From: Amoebidium appalachense
Taxonomy: Eukaryota > Protista > Ichthyosporea
DNA: 64,000 bases
Assembly: GCA_963693365.1 (NCBI GenBank)
Contig: CAVNZM010000006.1
Coordinates: 8,559,355 to 8,623,354, forward strand
Reading direction: 5' to 3'
Shown in pieces: positions 1 through 17,786 of the stretch. A program made the translations under genes and the position numbers. How positions within the stretch are numbered: the stretch's first letter is position 1; each line of letters starts with the position of its first letter. The notes beneath the pieces are model-generated. The model saw only the letters and a program-made list of their open reading frames with translations, made no database searches and was not told the DNA's origin.

Positions 1-125
1 AGGAGGATTAGGATACCAGGGCAGCCAGGACAGAAAGCCAGAATTTTTATATGTGCAAAATAAAATACAAACAAAAAGATTTAAAAATAAAAGTAAGAAG
101 AGGGCAAAGGGGAAGAAGGAGGAGG

Positions 126-366
126 AAAAAAGGGGCAGAATGAAAGAGTGGTAAAAAAGGGACAGAATGAAAGAGTGGTAAAAGGGACAGAATGAAAGAG
201 TGGTACGAAAGGGACAGAACGAAAGAGTGGTAAGAAAGGGACAGAACGAAAGAGTGGTAAAATGGGACAGAACGAAAGAGTGGTAAAAAAGGGACAGAAC
301 GAAAGAGTGGTAAAAAAGGGACAGAATGAAAGAGTGGTAAAAAAGGGTCAGAATGAAAGAATGGTA
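126..366. repeat. Minisatellite, about 9 tandem copies of a ~27-bp unit (AAAAAAGGGACAGAAYGAAAGAGTGGT)
   Basis: Near-identical units are directly adjacent with no unique spacers. Confidence 0.95.
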
Positions 367-579
367 ATGTGTCATGCCACCACCTAGTGTTAAAGAATAT
401 GTGGAAAACTTCTCGATGGCATGCATCGAATTTCCCCCTGTATGTTGATATCCCAAAAATGGATATCCCATATATGGTAAAAACCAATCAGTGCGCTCAA
501 TTTTATCCGCATTGATGGGCCATGAGCCACTTAATGAGGTCATTTTGACATCAACACGATTTCCCGTTGCATCGATTAA

Positions 580-824
580 CCTGTTCATACCGGCACATTT
601 CCCTAGATAGTCACCTCAGAAACACAGAAACAGTACAAAAGTATACGAAATAATGACATTTTTCCTAAACCAACTTAGAAACGCATGTAGGTAAGGCATA
701 TACGTGTCGATATTTACAATTTACTTGAGCTTTTTCTATCGATTTTGAGTCGCGATAGAGTTGTTTAGAGCTGTTTAGAGCTGGCCCGCTGCCGGCAAAA
801 TCAGTTAGTGCCGGCCCGAAGAGG
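580..824. mobile_element. piggyBac-type MITE (245 bp)
   Basis: TTAA at 576-579 and 825-828. Left end CCTGTTCATACCGGCAC vs reverse complement of right end CCTCTTCGGGCCGGCAC (13/17). No coding capacity. Confidence 0.7.
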
Positions 825-878
825 TTAAGGCCGACATAGAGCTTAGGCTGTTGCTCACACATCAAATTCAACATGCAG

Positions 879-1010
879 GGGCTTTGAATGCCGTGTGTTA
901 TGGTCTGGACTCGGACACTTATTCCAAACTGACCTGGGCTAACATTAAGGTATCATCCCTCCCTCCAACCCCAAACCCAACCCTCATCCCCCCTCCCAGC
1001 ATCCCCCCGC

Positions 1011-1044
<34 letters not shown>

Positions 1045-1203
1045 CCCTCCCCTCCCTTCACGTCCTCTCCCCTCCCCCTCCCTCCCTCTTTCTGTCTATT
1101 TTTATGTCTCCACCTCCATAAATTCCAATACCTCTACGAGATACCACCCGCCCCTCCCACCGATCCCCCCCCCCCCCCCCCCCTCCCCATCCCCCCCTCC
1201 CCC

Positions 1204-1238
<35 letters not shown>

Positions 1239-1619
1239 CCCTCCCCCTGCCCGCCGCCCGCCTACCCGCCCGCCCGCCTACCCAGCCGCCCGACATACAC
1301 GCTCGCGCATTTTTCTTGCGTTTTGCTTCTCGCCGCAACCGTAACTTTTCCTGCTGCTCTTGCCTGTGACTTCTCTCTGTTTGCATAAGTAACCTTGCTC
1401 GCCTCTGGTCAAGACGGGTGACTCATCCATTATTCAAGTAAAGCAGTATCTGAGTTGGGTTTCATATACAGAGTGAATGGGTCGAAACTCGGGTACTGTG
1501 GATGACTCGGGCCCCTTATTGAGAACGAGCTCCTCTTTTTTTGACGCACTAATACACCTTGTGTTTGCTTTCTGAAAGTTCACTGTGTTATCCGTCTTGT
1601 TTGTACTTTGTAAAACACT

Positions 1620-1657
<38 letters not shown>

Positions 1658-1819
1658 CTCCCTTTCTATACAAATTTATGCTGCATATGGGCTCTGTGTG
1701 GGCTCTTTGGTATACCTTCAGCACGTCTTTCCTTTGTGTGAAGATGTAGTTCATACTTGTGTTTGCGTTTTCTGACGTCGACCCCCCCCCTCTCCTCCTC
1801 CTCCTCCTCCTTCCTCTCG

Positions 1820-1911
<92 letters not shown>

Positions 1912-2057
1912 CCATTTTTGGCCGGAAAAATGAAAGGCGCACGGTGCAAGAGTATCCCGTCGGGAGAGTCGACCGTCCAGGCCGATACCAGCCCCTTGCC
2001 CAATTTGAGATCGATGAAGACGATGAAGATGATATATATCCAATGAGAAGCTCTTAA
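879..2057 (+). CDS. Last two exons (879-949, 1911-2057) of a cAMP-receptor-like/GCR1-type GPCR; 5' part lies upstream
   Basis: CAG acceptor at 876-878, GT donor at 950, CAG acceptor at 1908-1910. The in-frame join reads GALNAVCYGLDSDTYSKLTWANIK/SIFGRKNERR...DEDDEDDIYPMRSS*. GxLNAxxYGL resembles TM7 of cAMP-receptor-like GPCRs. Confidence 0.6.
1308..1655 (+). repeat. Long copy of a dispersed SINE-like repeat ending in poly-C
   Basis: Aligns with 29708-30044 (shared CAGTATCTGAGTTGGGTTTC and GGTCGAAACTCGGGTAC blocks). Shorter copies at ~13350, ~15400, ~24870 and ~25010. Confidence 0.75.
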
Positions 2058-2322
2058 ATAGCGTCAGGTGGAGTCAGGTGTGATGTGCAACCAATCAGAT
2101 TTACCGGTAATTTGGCCCTTTGGTGGAGTAGATGGGGAACTGCAAGTTTCTTGTCGTTTCTTTAGTTTATTGTAATAGACGAATGTGGGTATACATGTAT
2201 GGATGGTAGAAAAACGGGCCTCACTAAACTTGAATAACGGAACGTGGGCATTGTGTCATCTTTCCATTCTTTAATTCCTTCTCTTCCTTTCTTTCTTCCT
2301 TTCTTTCTTTTTCCTTTTTCCT

Positions 2323-2387
<65 letters not shown>

Positions 2388-2833
2388 TTTGTGGTGGTGG
2401 TGGTGGTGGTGGTTGGTTGGTTGGTTGGTTGGTTGGGTGGGTGGGTGGGTGGGTCGGTGGGGGGGACGATTGAAAATAGCATGTTGTCCACATGCTAAAT
2501 TTTCCCTCATTAAAGAGATCATAGTTAAACAAATCTTGTTAGATACAACCGGCAACCACAGTAATTGCATGTATGAATGTTGATGTTTTGGACCCGTTAA
2601 AAGGCGAGCTGCATGGGAATGTAATAATTATAATCTGACCTAAATGGCATGTACATCCAATGGTTTCCTGTTAATAAAAATTTTATACTTGCACAATGTT
2701 GCAACCGCACACATATTGTGCAATCATAACGATCAAATAAACAAATGCGTTTACGTTCTGTGCAGCTGCCACATGCATGTTAGTGTGTGGAACGTCCGGT
2801 TCACTGTAATGCCTCCCCCCTCCCTCCCTTTCC

Positions 2834-2892
<59 letters not shown>

Positions 2893-2932
2893 CTCACCCA
2901 CCCACCCACCCTACCCACACACACACACACAC

Positions 2933-2971
<39 letters not shown>

Positions 2972-3096
2972 GTGGGGAGGATGAGACCCACCACCAACTG
3001 TATGTCCAATAGAAGGTGTGCCGACGTCTCTCTCCCCCCCCCGCCCCCCTCCCCCCGGTCGGTTTACACGTGCCAGGGTCACCACCACAAGATTCA

Positions 3097-3146
<50 letters not shown>

Positions 3147-4361
3147 ACCCACCAGTTTGACCCAATGTAAGACTTACGTGGGGGGGGGTGGGTCCTATCT
3201 TCCCCCCTATCAAAAAATCCCCTAATGATTTTCCGAATCCACCGGCACGTCCAAACAACTTCGCGTGACTACACATACACACACCAAAAACGAATTCGTG
3301 TTGGGCCTCAAAGCCACATCCGCGTCCTATCCTCTTTTCTCTCTCTCCGATCTCGTCCTCTCCCCGTCTGCTCTTCCCCTCTCTCCCCCCTCCAATCCCA
3401 ATCCACACACCCCCTTTTCCCCCAACACCAATTCTCGATCGATTGTGAAGGAGCGGTTTGTGTGGCATGCTATCCCGGCGGAAGATAGAGCAGATGACAG
3501 CTCGCACTTACCGGGACTGTGTTTGATGGATGCGTTTCCTGTACATTTATCGTTCGTTGAACAGCTGTGCGAGTATGAAAAGAGTAGGCAATTGCTCCCG
3601 AGATATATGTATATTAGTGAGCGTGTGAGTAAATCTCTAAAAGACCAGTTAGTTTATGAGTTGCCGTTTTCTTATTGTGTGAAGGCTTTACAGTGGAGAT
3701 GTAACAAATACAAAGTTTTCAGATGTGTATGCCCTACACCAAACAACACACCACACCAATTCAAACGAACATGCCCCCCAAAATGTGGTTTGCTCTCAAC
3801 CTGTATTACTCCAGACATACACACCCGGTTTACCCGGGCCCATACACAACATGCCACAGTGAAAGACCTACCGAATTTCACCATGCTTGATTTCATCTAC
3901 ACACTTCTACTGTTCCGAACGTGTATAGATTAGGCTATCTGGACAAAATTTAATGCAGTCTCAGAATACCTACTAAGGTGTACACAACCTAAAAATAAAA
4001 AATAAAAAAAATAAACCTGTATCTCCACATATGATGTCTATCTGATACGTTATATCTCCAAAAAAAAATCTGTATGATTTAAGTGTAACATCGATTTGTT
4101 GTACATGTATATCTTGTTGGGTGAAAGCACTGTTGGCGTTGGTACCAACAACTCATCACAGCTCACCTACATGTCGTTAATAAACAGCACATTCCCCCCC
4201 CTGTTACTACACACATAGCCAAAAAAACGAATTCGTGTGACTACACATACACCAAAAAAAAGAAAAACGACCTTAAGTTGATCCCTGTCACCAAACAAGT
4301 GGGGAGGTCAAACCACATGTTTTTAAGGTCTCAATTGCGAGATTGTGCCTTGGTTGCGGGG

Positions 4362-4398
<37 letters not shown>

Positions 4399-4773
4399 TG
4401 GGATTGCTCGGTACTACAGTATCCCTACAGGGTTTAACATCAGATACATGGGTGTCTGAATGTCGGGTTCTCATGTTGGGTCTCAAGTGCAAACATTTTC
4501 TTTGACAAATTATTACACCCAAGAGTGTTCAGAAACTTTTCTACCGTCCTATACTCAAATGATGATATTCAATAATTATGAGCTGAGAACATAGTATTAC
4601 CATGCAAGGGGCCAAAAAAAAGCCACCGAAAGGGTCTTTAATAACTTTCATTCAATAAGCTACACGTATGTACATTAATCATATACCCCAGGCCCCCGGA
4701 GGCAGAAGGGGAGGGGGGGGGGGGGGGGGGGAGGGGGGTGTTTGTCGTTCAATCAAATCAATATGGGCTGTGC

Positions 4774-5379
4774 CTACTCCGCCTTGTGAAATACAACCGC
4801 CCTATCTTCCAGCTTGCCATACATCTTCTGTAGATGCCGCTTGGTCAGGCGATACTTTAACCCCATAGACAGCAGCGTGTAGCCGGGGAGCAACTTAAAG
4901 AGCGCGTCCAAAAGTTCATCTCCCACTTCGGCAAAGAAAATGGCGCTGCACTCAAACCACAGCTCTTTAAGCACTTCAAATCGTAGCACGTCAACAATAA
5001 TCGTGTTGATGGCGCCCTTTAACACTTCAACACCACCGTTTATCCCTTCGACTTTAGGCCTCTGTGCCAGCTCCACCGCCCTCTGAACCATCCCATTAAT
5101 GTTTTCGTAGGACAGAAGAGAGGCAACGTCGGTGACTTTGGGTATGTTTGGTAGAGACGGGATGTTGATTAGCTGAAGCTTTACCGCGCAGCGAAGATAG
5201 AGAAAAGCGGTGAAGGAAACACTAAAAACGACACCGGCAAAGGGGACGATGGTGCTTGCAAGGGTGGAGGCAAGGACGGAGCCCTTGGAGAGTGTGCGTG
5301 CGGAACTTCTTTCGTATTCGACAATAGCGTGGATTTCACTGCGAGAAAGACGTGCGGCGGGGGACTGGTGCATGGCCAT
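4774..5379 (-). CDS. Intronless 201-aa hypothetical protein, probably membrane-associated, with weak DUF697/YcjF-like motifs
   Basis: Non-repetitive ORF with AAAATGG start context and a hydrophobic segment (TIVPFAGVVFSVSFTAFLYL). The later KLLPGY segment recalls the KxIPG motif of DUF697 proteins. Family assignment is tentative. Confidence 0.65.
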   Translation of the reverse strand: MAMHQSPAARLSRSEIHAIVEYERSSARTLSKGSVLASTLASTIVPFAGVVFSVSFTAFLYLRCAVKLQLINIPSLPNIPKVTDVASLLSYENINGMVQRAVELAQRPKVEGINGGVEVLKGAINTIIVDVLRFEVLKELWFECSAIFFAEVGDELLDALFKLLPGYTLLSMGLKYRLTKRHLQKMYGKLEDRAVVFHKAE

Positions 5380-5447
5380 TTTGAAGTATTAAAATCGGAC
5401 AAGAGAAAGCTCGTAACAACTTTATCATAAACAGTGTGGGTGGGGGA

Positions 5448-5480
<33 letters not shown>

Positions 5481-6184
5481 TATGACGGTGCATTATTATT
5501 TATGACGGTGCTTCTTATAGCAGTACTCAACGTTAACTTGAAAGTGTTGCAGATAGGTGGCTGTCTATAGGAGGGATTGTGGATTTTGTTTTGTTTTTCA
5601 AGGTGCTTTGGTGATTGATTCAGTCTCGATCAGGTACCAAGTCAAGTTGTGCCTGTCTGTGCGTGAGCCAAGACTGCGGCAAATGATGAGAGGAGCGGCT
5701 TTATATACCAGCAAAAAGCATCGATGGAATGTTGGGACTGCGTGATAGGCTCCCCTCCTTGGCTTTGGCAGGCTGGAGCTTTGCATATATGCGAACCTCA
5801 TACATAGGCAAACGACCCGTAAAAACCAAATAAAATCCCACGCCACACTACCTAAGACCTCAAGACTCAGTTATTTTTAGTATGGTGACGAAACCAAGCA
5901 GTATATAAGTAGATAATATAGTAGATATTCCACCCCGAAATCGAAGCTATGCTCAGTTACATGTCCCAAGCTGCTTGGGGGCTCGATGTGGCAACGATGC
6001 CAAAATGAGGACATGTTGGCCGCCAGGTGGCGATCGCAAGGAAAATAATTATAGACTATTATATGTGTTAGATATATTGTTATGGGGCCCACAAACTAAA
6101 TAAAATGATGGCGGAAACTCTCTTCATTTAATTTCAAGTTATTAGTTTGTTGACAAACTGGGACTTACTAGCCGAATGATTAGA

Positions 6185-6186
<2 letters not shown>

Positions 6187-6252
<66 letters not shown>
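6187..6252. repeat. (TA)n microsatellite abutting the LINE 5' end
   Basis: Direct reading of the sequence. Confidence 0.95.
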
Positions 6253-6258
<6 letters not shown>

Positions 6259-6261
6259 CAT

Positions 6262-9200
6262 TTACTCACTTCATTTTTTGGAGTTTCGACTCTGACAAGT
6301 TGTTGATCACATCACTTGAACTTTCGCGAATCTGAATCTTGTGTACGGTTGCACGTTCAAATAGACTCACTTCATTTTTTGGAGTTAACGTTTCGACTCT
6401 GACAAGTTGTTGATCACATCACTTGAACTTTCGCGAATCTGAATCTTGTGTACGGTTGCACGTTCAAATATCACACTCACTTCATTTTTTTGTGAAAAAC
6501 ACGTGGTAACACACACACCACTATGAGCAAGACACCCCGCAGTCGCTCTCGGGGAGCCGGTAGGCCACCAACCGGTACGGGCCCCTCTGGCCGTGGAAGA
6601 TCCCAAAGATCCTATTGTGAACTCCACCCCCATGCATGTGGACTCTCAAGATTCCACTGCAGCTCGTGGTGCTCAGAAGCACGGCTACCCAGCCTCTTCA
6701 GATGATGAGTCCGCGGCTGGAGAGCCCCACTCCAAGAATCCCCGCATTTCCTCTGCTACTGAAGATGATTTGCGTGAGGAAAACCGACGTCTTCACGAGC
6801 AACTCCAGTAGATCTCACTGAAGCAAACAAGGCTCTCACTGCGACGGTCTCGCGTCTATCCGAGCAGATTTCTCGTCTTGAAGCAATGCTGTCTACTCCT
6901 CGGCAACCTGACTCGTCTCGGCCTATTCCTCAAGCAGCATCCGAACCCGTCCGTGTTGAGCCTGCTCCTGTTCGAATTCCCCCTGTTTTCCCTGCTCCCC
7001 GTGACGCTGTTGGCGATACTACTGCCCGGACCGGTGGTACCACTCATGCACTCGCTTCTCAGACTGAGTCGGTGCGTGAGCCCCAGCAGCGTTCTTATGC
7101 CACGGCTGTTGCTCAAGGCCCCGATGAGCTTCGCTCTGTGCACGTGGCTCGCTCCATTCACAGTATCGGTCAAAACGTCCACCTTGTTGATGATTTTGTG
7201 AATGCGGCTCAACGACTCAAGGCTCGTCCGCCCAAGCAGCCAGTCCAGCATACCACAGGCACGGCCTCTGGCCAATCCTCCTCTGACCTCACCGCGGCGT
7301 ATGTCCGTCTTTTCCGTCGTTCAGTTACATCCGCGAAATCAAGGCGGACTTCCGGGCCTTCCGAGTGCGCACGAGTCTTATCCATTCCTACTCGTTCATT
7401 GGTGGCCAGATTCTTGAGCTATTGGTGGATCCCGGGTATGCCGTGGCCCTCACTGATCACCTCCGCCGTTGCACCCTTGAGGTGCTCAACCCCAAGGACT
7501 TCCAACCCGATGCAGAAGGGGACATCAAGAAGAAGGAACTGTTGGACGCCAAGACCAAGCCAACTACTATGTTGCGTCGGCGTCTGTGCAAACAGATGAG
7601 TATTTCCAGCATGCTTGTGCTGAAGCAGAGAAGGGGGGCCGGCCGGATCATGCTGCGCGTTCTCGTGGGGTTCTTGACTTCTACAAACGTTGGTTGGACA
7701 AACTTCCGGCTGAATCTCAGTGAAGCCTATATCGGTCTATTTTTGGTATGTTCGGGGATTACAACATAAACAGTTACACCATATTCTTCATCAGACACAC
7801 TCTTACACCTTTGTTGAGTTAGTTGAAACATGGTTTTACAACCACCATCAGCTTCAGCAATCCAATTGTCTGATAGCCATATTAGCCAATCCGGCTGTAG
7901 CATTTGATTGCCGATTGGTCAATTCCGGGGAGTTCCATGTTTCCATTGTTTATCAGCATCGGGAATTCACGTTTGTTTACCTTGACACCTTCACTCTCGG
8001 ATGCGGAGGTCGATCATATCTTACGGTCACTTCCTCGTTCACATGCAATCATCGGTGACTTCAATTGCTCTATTGCACCGATTTCCCAGGCTCATTCTAC
8101 GACTCCACTCACCGGTTTCCGTCCTTATAATAGCCGTGCTCGTACCATTCAGCAGTTTTTTAATGCGTGCTACCTTCGCCTTCCACAGATCGAGGCTACT
8201 CATCGTACGGACTGGTGTGCTTCTATTTGGGTTTCAACCGTTCGTTTTTCCCCGCTTTCCGACGCTGCGCTTTCTACTGCATCCGACCACAAGCCTATTA
8301 TTATTCAAATTTCCACCCCTGTTTCGCCACACATTGTTCGTGTAACTAAACACCTTATTAGTCGCAAATTTAAGGATGAACTCAAACGGCTTAGTATTCA
8401 AAATGCCTATAAGGAGATTCGCCTCACCCTCCTGCAAGCCATGCAGGATGCTCGACAGCGGAGGGACCCGTATCTCCTTGAGGTATGTTATTCTCTTCTT
8501 GGTCAAGTTGATTTTCTATTTGAATTAGGTGATAGTGTGGTCAGTAGTGTCGCATATCCGTATGTTCGGTTACGACCATCTCCCACCTTAGGCCACTTAG
8601 GTCAAACACTTTCCCACGATTCTTGTATTTCCACCCTCAAGAGTCTAGGACGATTTGGCCCTTCCATCACTATTACATGTAGCCCTGATAAACCCGACAC
8701 ACTCACTTCCACAGATGACTATTATTCCAAATTATTCCACCTTAATTCTGCTCCTTCCACGCACCCTTCGTATTCTCTACTCTCCACACCACCTTCCTGG
8801 CCGATTGATTCTTCCTTTCCAGGCGAATATTTGAGCTATTTTAATGCTGCACACGTTCAACGTGCTATTTCTGCCCTAAAACCCAAGAAAGCTTGTGGTC
8901 CGGATGCCCTTCCGAGTCCACCCGCGCTTCTTAAGGCATTGTGCCCTCCGCCCGTTATTACCAAAGGCGGGAATACGCCGCCTCCACCCCCCTTTGCGTA
9001 TTTGGTGAGCAAGTTTTTCTCTGCCTTCTACTATGAGTTGGGATTCATTCCTTCGTCGTGTCAATGACACCATCATAAATCCCGTCCGCAAGAAGGTCTC
9101 TACTGGTCCGATTTCTTCCTTCAGGCCAGTCACCTTAACTAACATATTTCGTCGCCTATTCGAGCCCTGCATATTGCGTGCCTTCCACAAGCATGAGACC

Positions 9201-10945
9201 TTATCGAGTGTCTTCCGGTTGAGCAACATTCAGGGCGGATTTCGGCGTGCTTATTCGTGCTATACTCATCATGATGCTCTTCTATTACACGACACTATTC
9301 GTTCTGGATGTCGCGAGGTATGCTTTATCGACCTTAAGAATGCCTATGACACGGTTCCAACGAATTTGCTGTGGCACAAGTTGGCCTCTCGAGCGCTACC
9401 CCTTTCCTTTGGTCGGCTACTTCAGGCATTATTTGACCGCACCCATGGGGGCTGCCGTTGTGAATGGGGTACTGAGTAACGGATTCAATCGTACTCGAGG
9501 CCTTTTACAGGGCTCACTTTTGAGTCCCCTTCTCTTTGATGTCTTTATTGACGACTTAGCGGTAGAAATTCAACAAATTTCCAGTTGCCGGCGACTCTTG
9601 TGTCTCTGGCCTTTTTTTCGCTGATTATATTGTCTTAGTCACTCACGATCCTTCTATCATGAATAACATGCTTTCTCGAGTAGATGACTGGTGTTTCCGA
9701 AATTTCATGAAAATTGGGATAGATAAATGCGGCACCTTTTCTTCCAATGCACAGTACACTCTGAACAATCAACCTGTCCCAATCGTGTCCTCCTATGACT
9801 ATTTAGGTATTCCTTTCACCTCTAACTTAAGAATGTCTGGTTTGAGCGCCTTTTGACTTCGCACATTTCTCGTGCGCGTGGGAGAAATGCGGCGTGGTTG
9901 TCGCTTACATATCTATCAAGGAATATTCGCAAATATTTCTAATATTCATCCTGCCAATTTGCTCACTCTTTATAAAGTTTTTCTTCGTCCATGTTTCGAA
10001 TATGGCCTCCCGTTACTCTTGTGTGCCCCTCCACGGCAACAGCGCGCGGCTCTTCGGGAATTCGATTCCTTTCAGCGTGAATTCATCCAGTTTATTCCTC
10101 GAACCTCGCGTAGGCATCCTTTGGCGGCTCCCTTGCTGAGTGTTTTTGGTCTCCCTCCGGCACGCCAGCGTATGGATGAATTAGGACTTCGCTTCTGTTT
10201 TCATTTGGTTAGGCTTCCTTCTTATCATCCTTTGTTGCAATTCTTTCCTTCTTTAGCACCTGTTCCCGGCATTTCTAATGTTCGTGCGAAATGTCCTATC
10301 CCCAATCTCTCTCCCATTCCGAGATATCCTTTTAAATACTTATCTCCTTTATTTTTCTCTTCTACTAGTTATCAGCAGTATTTCACTTGGTTTCATACTC
10401 AATATCCTTTGCTTTATCGTTGTGATAAAGAGTATCATGGTAGGGCTCTTGAGCCTGTGCTTCTTTTTATATTAGAGACTCGTCTATTTTCTTTACAATC
10501 ATTGTGTAAATTAGCTACTTATATTTATCCTTCATCTCGTAAACCTACCACACTTACCGATTTTGCAATTCTAACCCCTCCTTATAGTATAGCTTGGAAA
10601 TGTTTATTTTGGCGCTGTAATCTTTGTTTCCATAAATGTTTGTGCCACTTTTGTGCAGAACCTTTTTCTCGTAAACACTTAGATAGATGTATTTATTTAT
10701 CTCAGATTATTCCGTTCAAAATTAGAAGACTGGCTTATTTAGATAATCCTGATATTACGTCTATTGACTATGTGTTGAACCACGGTATGTTTAACGAGTT
10801 TTCTAGGTGTATGATTATTTAAGTCGTTATCTCCTCCGTATCCGAGAGTGAGGGCTTTTGTATTTTCTTCTCCGAGATATCGGTGATATCTCGATGGCTT
10901 CTATTTTGCTGAGCATATCAATAAAGTCATAATAAAAAAAGAAAA
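6262..10945 (+). mobile_element. Full-length but decayed non-LTR retrotransposon (LINE; ORF1 + APE-RT ORF2)
   Basis: Tandem 5' monomers, broken ORF1 at ~6523-7690, ORF2 at 7720-10822, 3' hairpin at 10873-10893, AATAAA at 10920 and an A-rich tail. Confidence 0.92.
7720..10822 (+). pseudogene. LINE ORF2: AP endonuclease + reverse transcriptase + C-terminal Cys/His knuckle, multiply frameshifted
   Basis: APE motifs WYVRGL, VETW, IIGDFN, SDHKP. RT motifs FRPVTL, QGGFR, FIDLKNAYDTV, GLLQGSLLSPLLF and FADY (for FADD). Knuckle CHFCAEPFSRKHLDRC. Confidence 0.92.
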
Positions 10946-11099
10946 GACAGAAATCCCTCCGAACCCCGGCCGCCCCAGCTCTGGTCCCGGGCCTCCTGGG
11001 CCCCCGGCACAGTCAGCTGACGGACCAAACAAGGGCAACTGAAAACGAAAGCTGTTTGCAATTGGGGCTGGATTCAGTTGTAGGGAAGGCTCGACAAAA

Positions 11100-16482
<5,383 letters not shown>

Positions 16483-16524
16483 ATACGCTGCCCGGGGGAG
16501 GGGGTGTAGGGGTGGGGGTGGGTG

Positions 16525-16558
<34 letters not shown>

Positions 16559-16574
16559 TGGTGGTGGTGGTGGT

Positions 16575-16610
<36 letters not shown>

Positions 16611-17024
16611 GTTGTTGTTGCTTTTAATGCTTCGGTTGTCCTGTGAGTACCGCAGGCTCGTGGTATCGCTTCGTGTACTCTTAGTAGTAGTAACGGATGA
16701 TATCGATAATGACAGAAGCCCCTGGGGGCTCTTTTGTGAATCCCCATACGGCATACCTGAAAAAGCATGTAGGTTGTCACATGAGTACAAAAGGTCTCTC
16801 TCCACAAGCGCGCCACCTCACGTGCCACGTGCATGGTCACAGCACACGCGCGCACAGAAGCACACACACACAGAGAGATACACGCCACATGCACACAAAC
16901 ACACACACACACACACTACACACACACACACGGGGAGACACATACTTGCACACACAGACACACAAGAATATACACACAGTTTATAGTGCAAAAGTGCACA
17001 GATCTGCACTTGAAACCTGTTTTC

Positions 17025-17057
<33 letters not shown>

Positions 17058-17094
17058 ATGTGTGTGTGTGTGTGTTTGTGTGTGTGTGGTAGGT

Positions 17095-17133
<39 letters not shown>

Positions 17134-17158
17134 ACTTGACGACCTAGTACTTCCTGAG

Positions 17159-17747
17159 TAGCTGCAGGTGATAAACAAGCAGTAGGTGGTGTGATGGAAA
17201 TCACGCATGTTAATCGCTTATAAGAAAACTTCTATTAGTCGTGAATGTTGATCATTATGATAGTGCACTCTGAGATGCTTGTAAGTACTCTTCTGTGAAA
17301 CATTTGATGAATTTCCCATAATAACCCACGTGAATGCTCTCCCAGGAACCACGGATACCTATGTATTTCGAAATATGGAAGTGAACTTTTGAGAACGTCT
17401 TCGTCCTCCCCTGAGTCCCATCCCTAACTCTTGTATGTAAACACGAGACCACCAAAACTCCCAAACCAGCACTCACACCGGTCCACACCAAGGCCCATAC
17501 CCCCCCTCCCCCCTTCCAACCACCACCACCACACGTATACACACAGCCTTCCTTCTGGCGGGGTTATCGGGTGGACGTCCAACCCCGGACACCGGTACAA
17601 TACACAACCCACCCTCGCCGCAGGTTTTGCACAACCGGAGGGCAGCAAGCTGCTAAACTGAGCGAAAGCAAGATCAAGGGGAAGGAGGGTAGTACGTCCT
17701 GAGTAGCTGCAGGTGCTACCACCTACTGAGGCGGTGTCTCCTTTCTT

Positions 17748-17786
<39 letters not shown>

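Noticed and set aside
126-366. Possible CRISPR array
   Set aside because: Units are contiguous with no unique spacers, there are no cas genes, and the context is eukaryotic.
1430-1510. Bona fide 5S or LSU rRNA gene
   Set aside because: Only patchy motif similarity, with diverged and truncated copies. Treated as a dispersed repeat.
3265-3933. 222-aa ORF with LMDAFPVH resembling a pogo/DDE_1 transposase motif; short repeats at ~3260 and ~4205
   Set aside because: The expected QPxD motif and spacing are missing and no TIRs were found. Support is too weak to call.
17550-17680. HDV-like or hammerhead ribozyme, or snRNA, in the duplication spacer
   Set aside because: Spacing between CCTCGC and the GG-P4-CTAA segment does not fit the HDV fold. 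There is no CTGANGA/GAAA hammerhead core and no recognisable snRNA 5' sequence.
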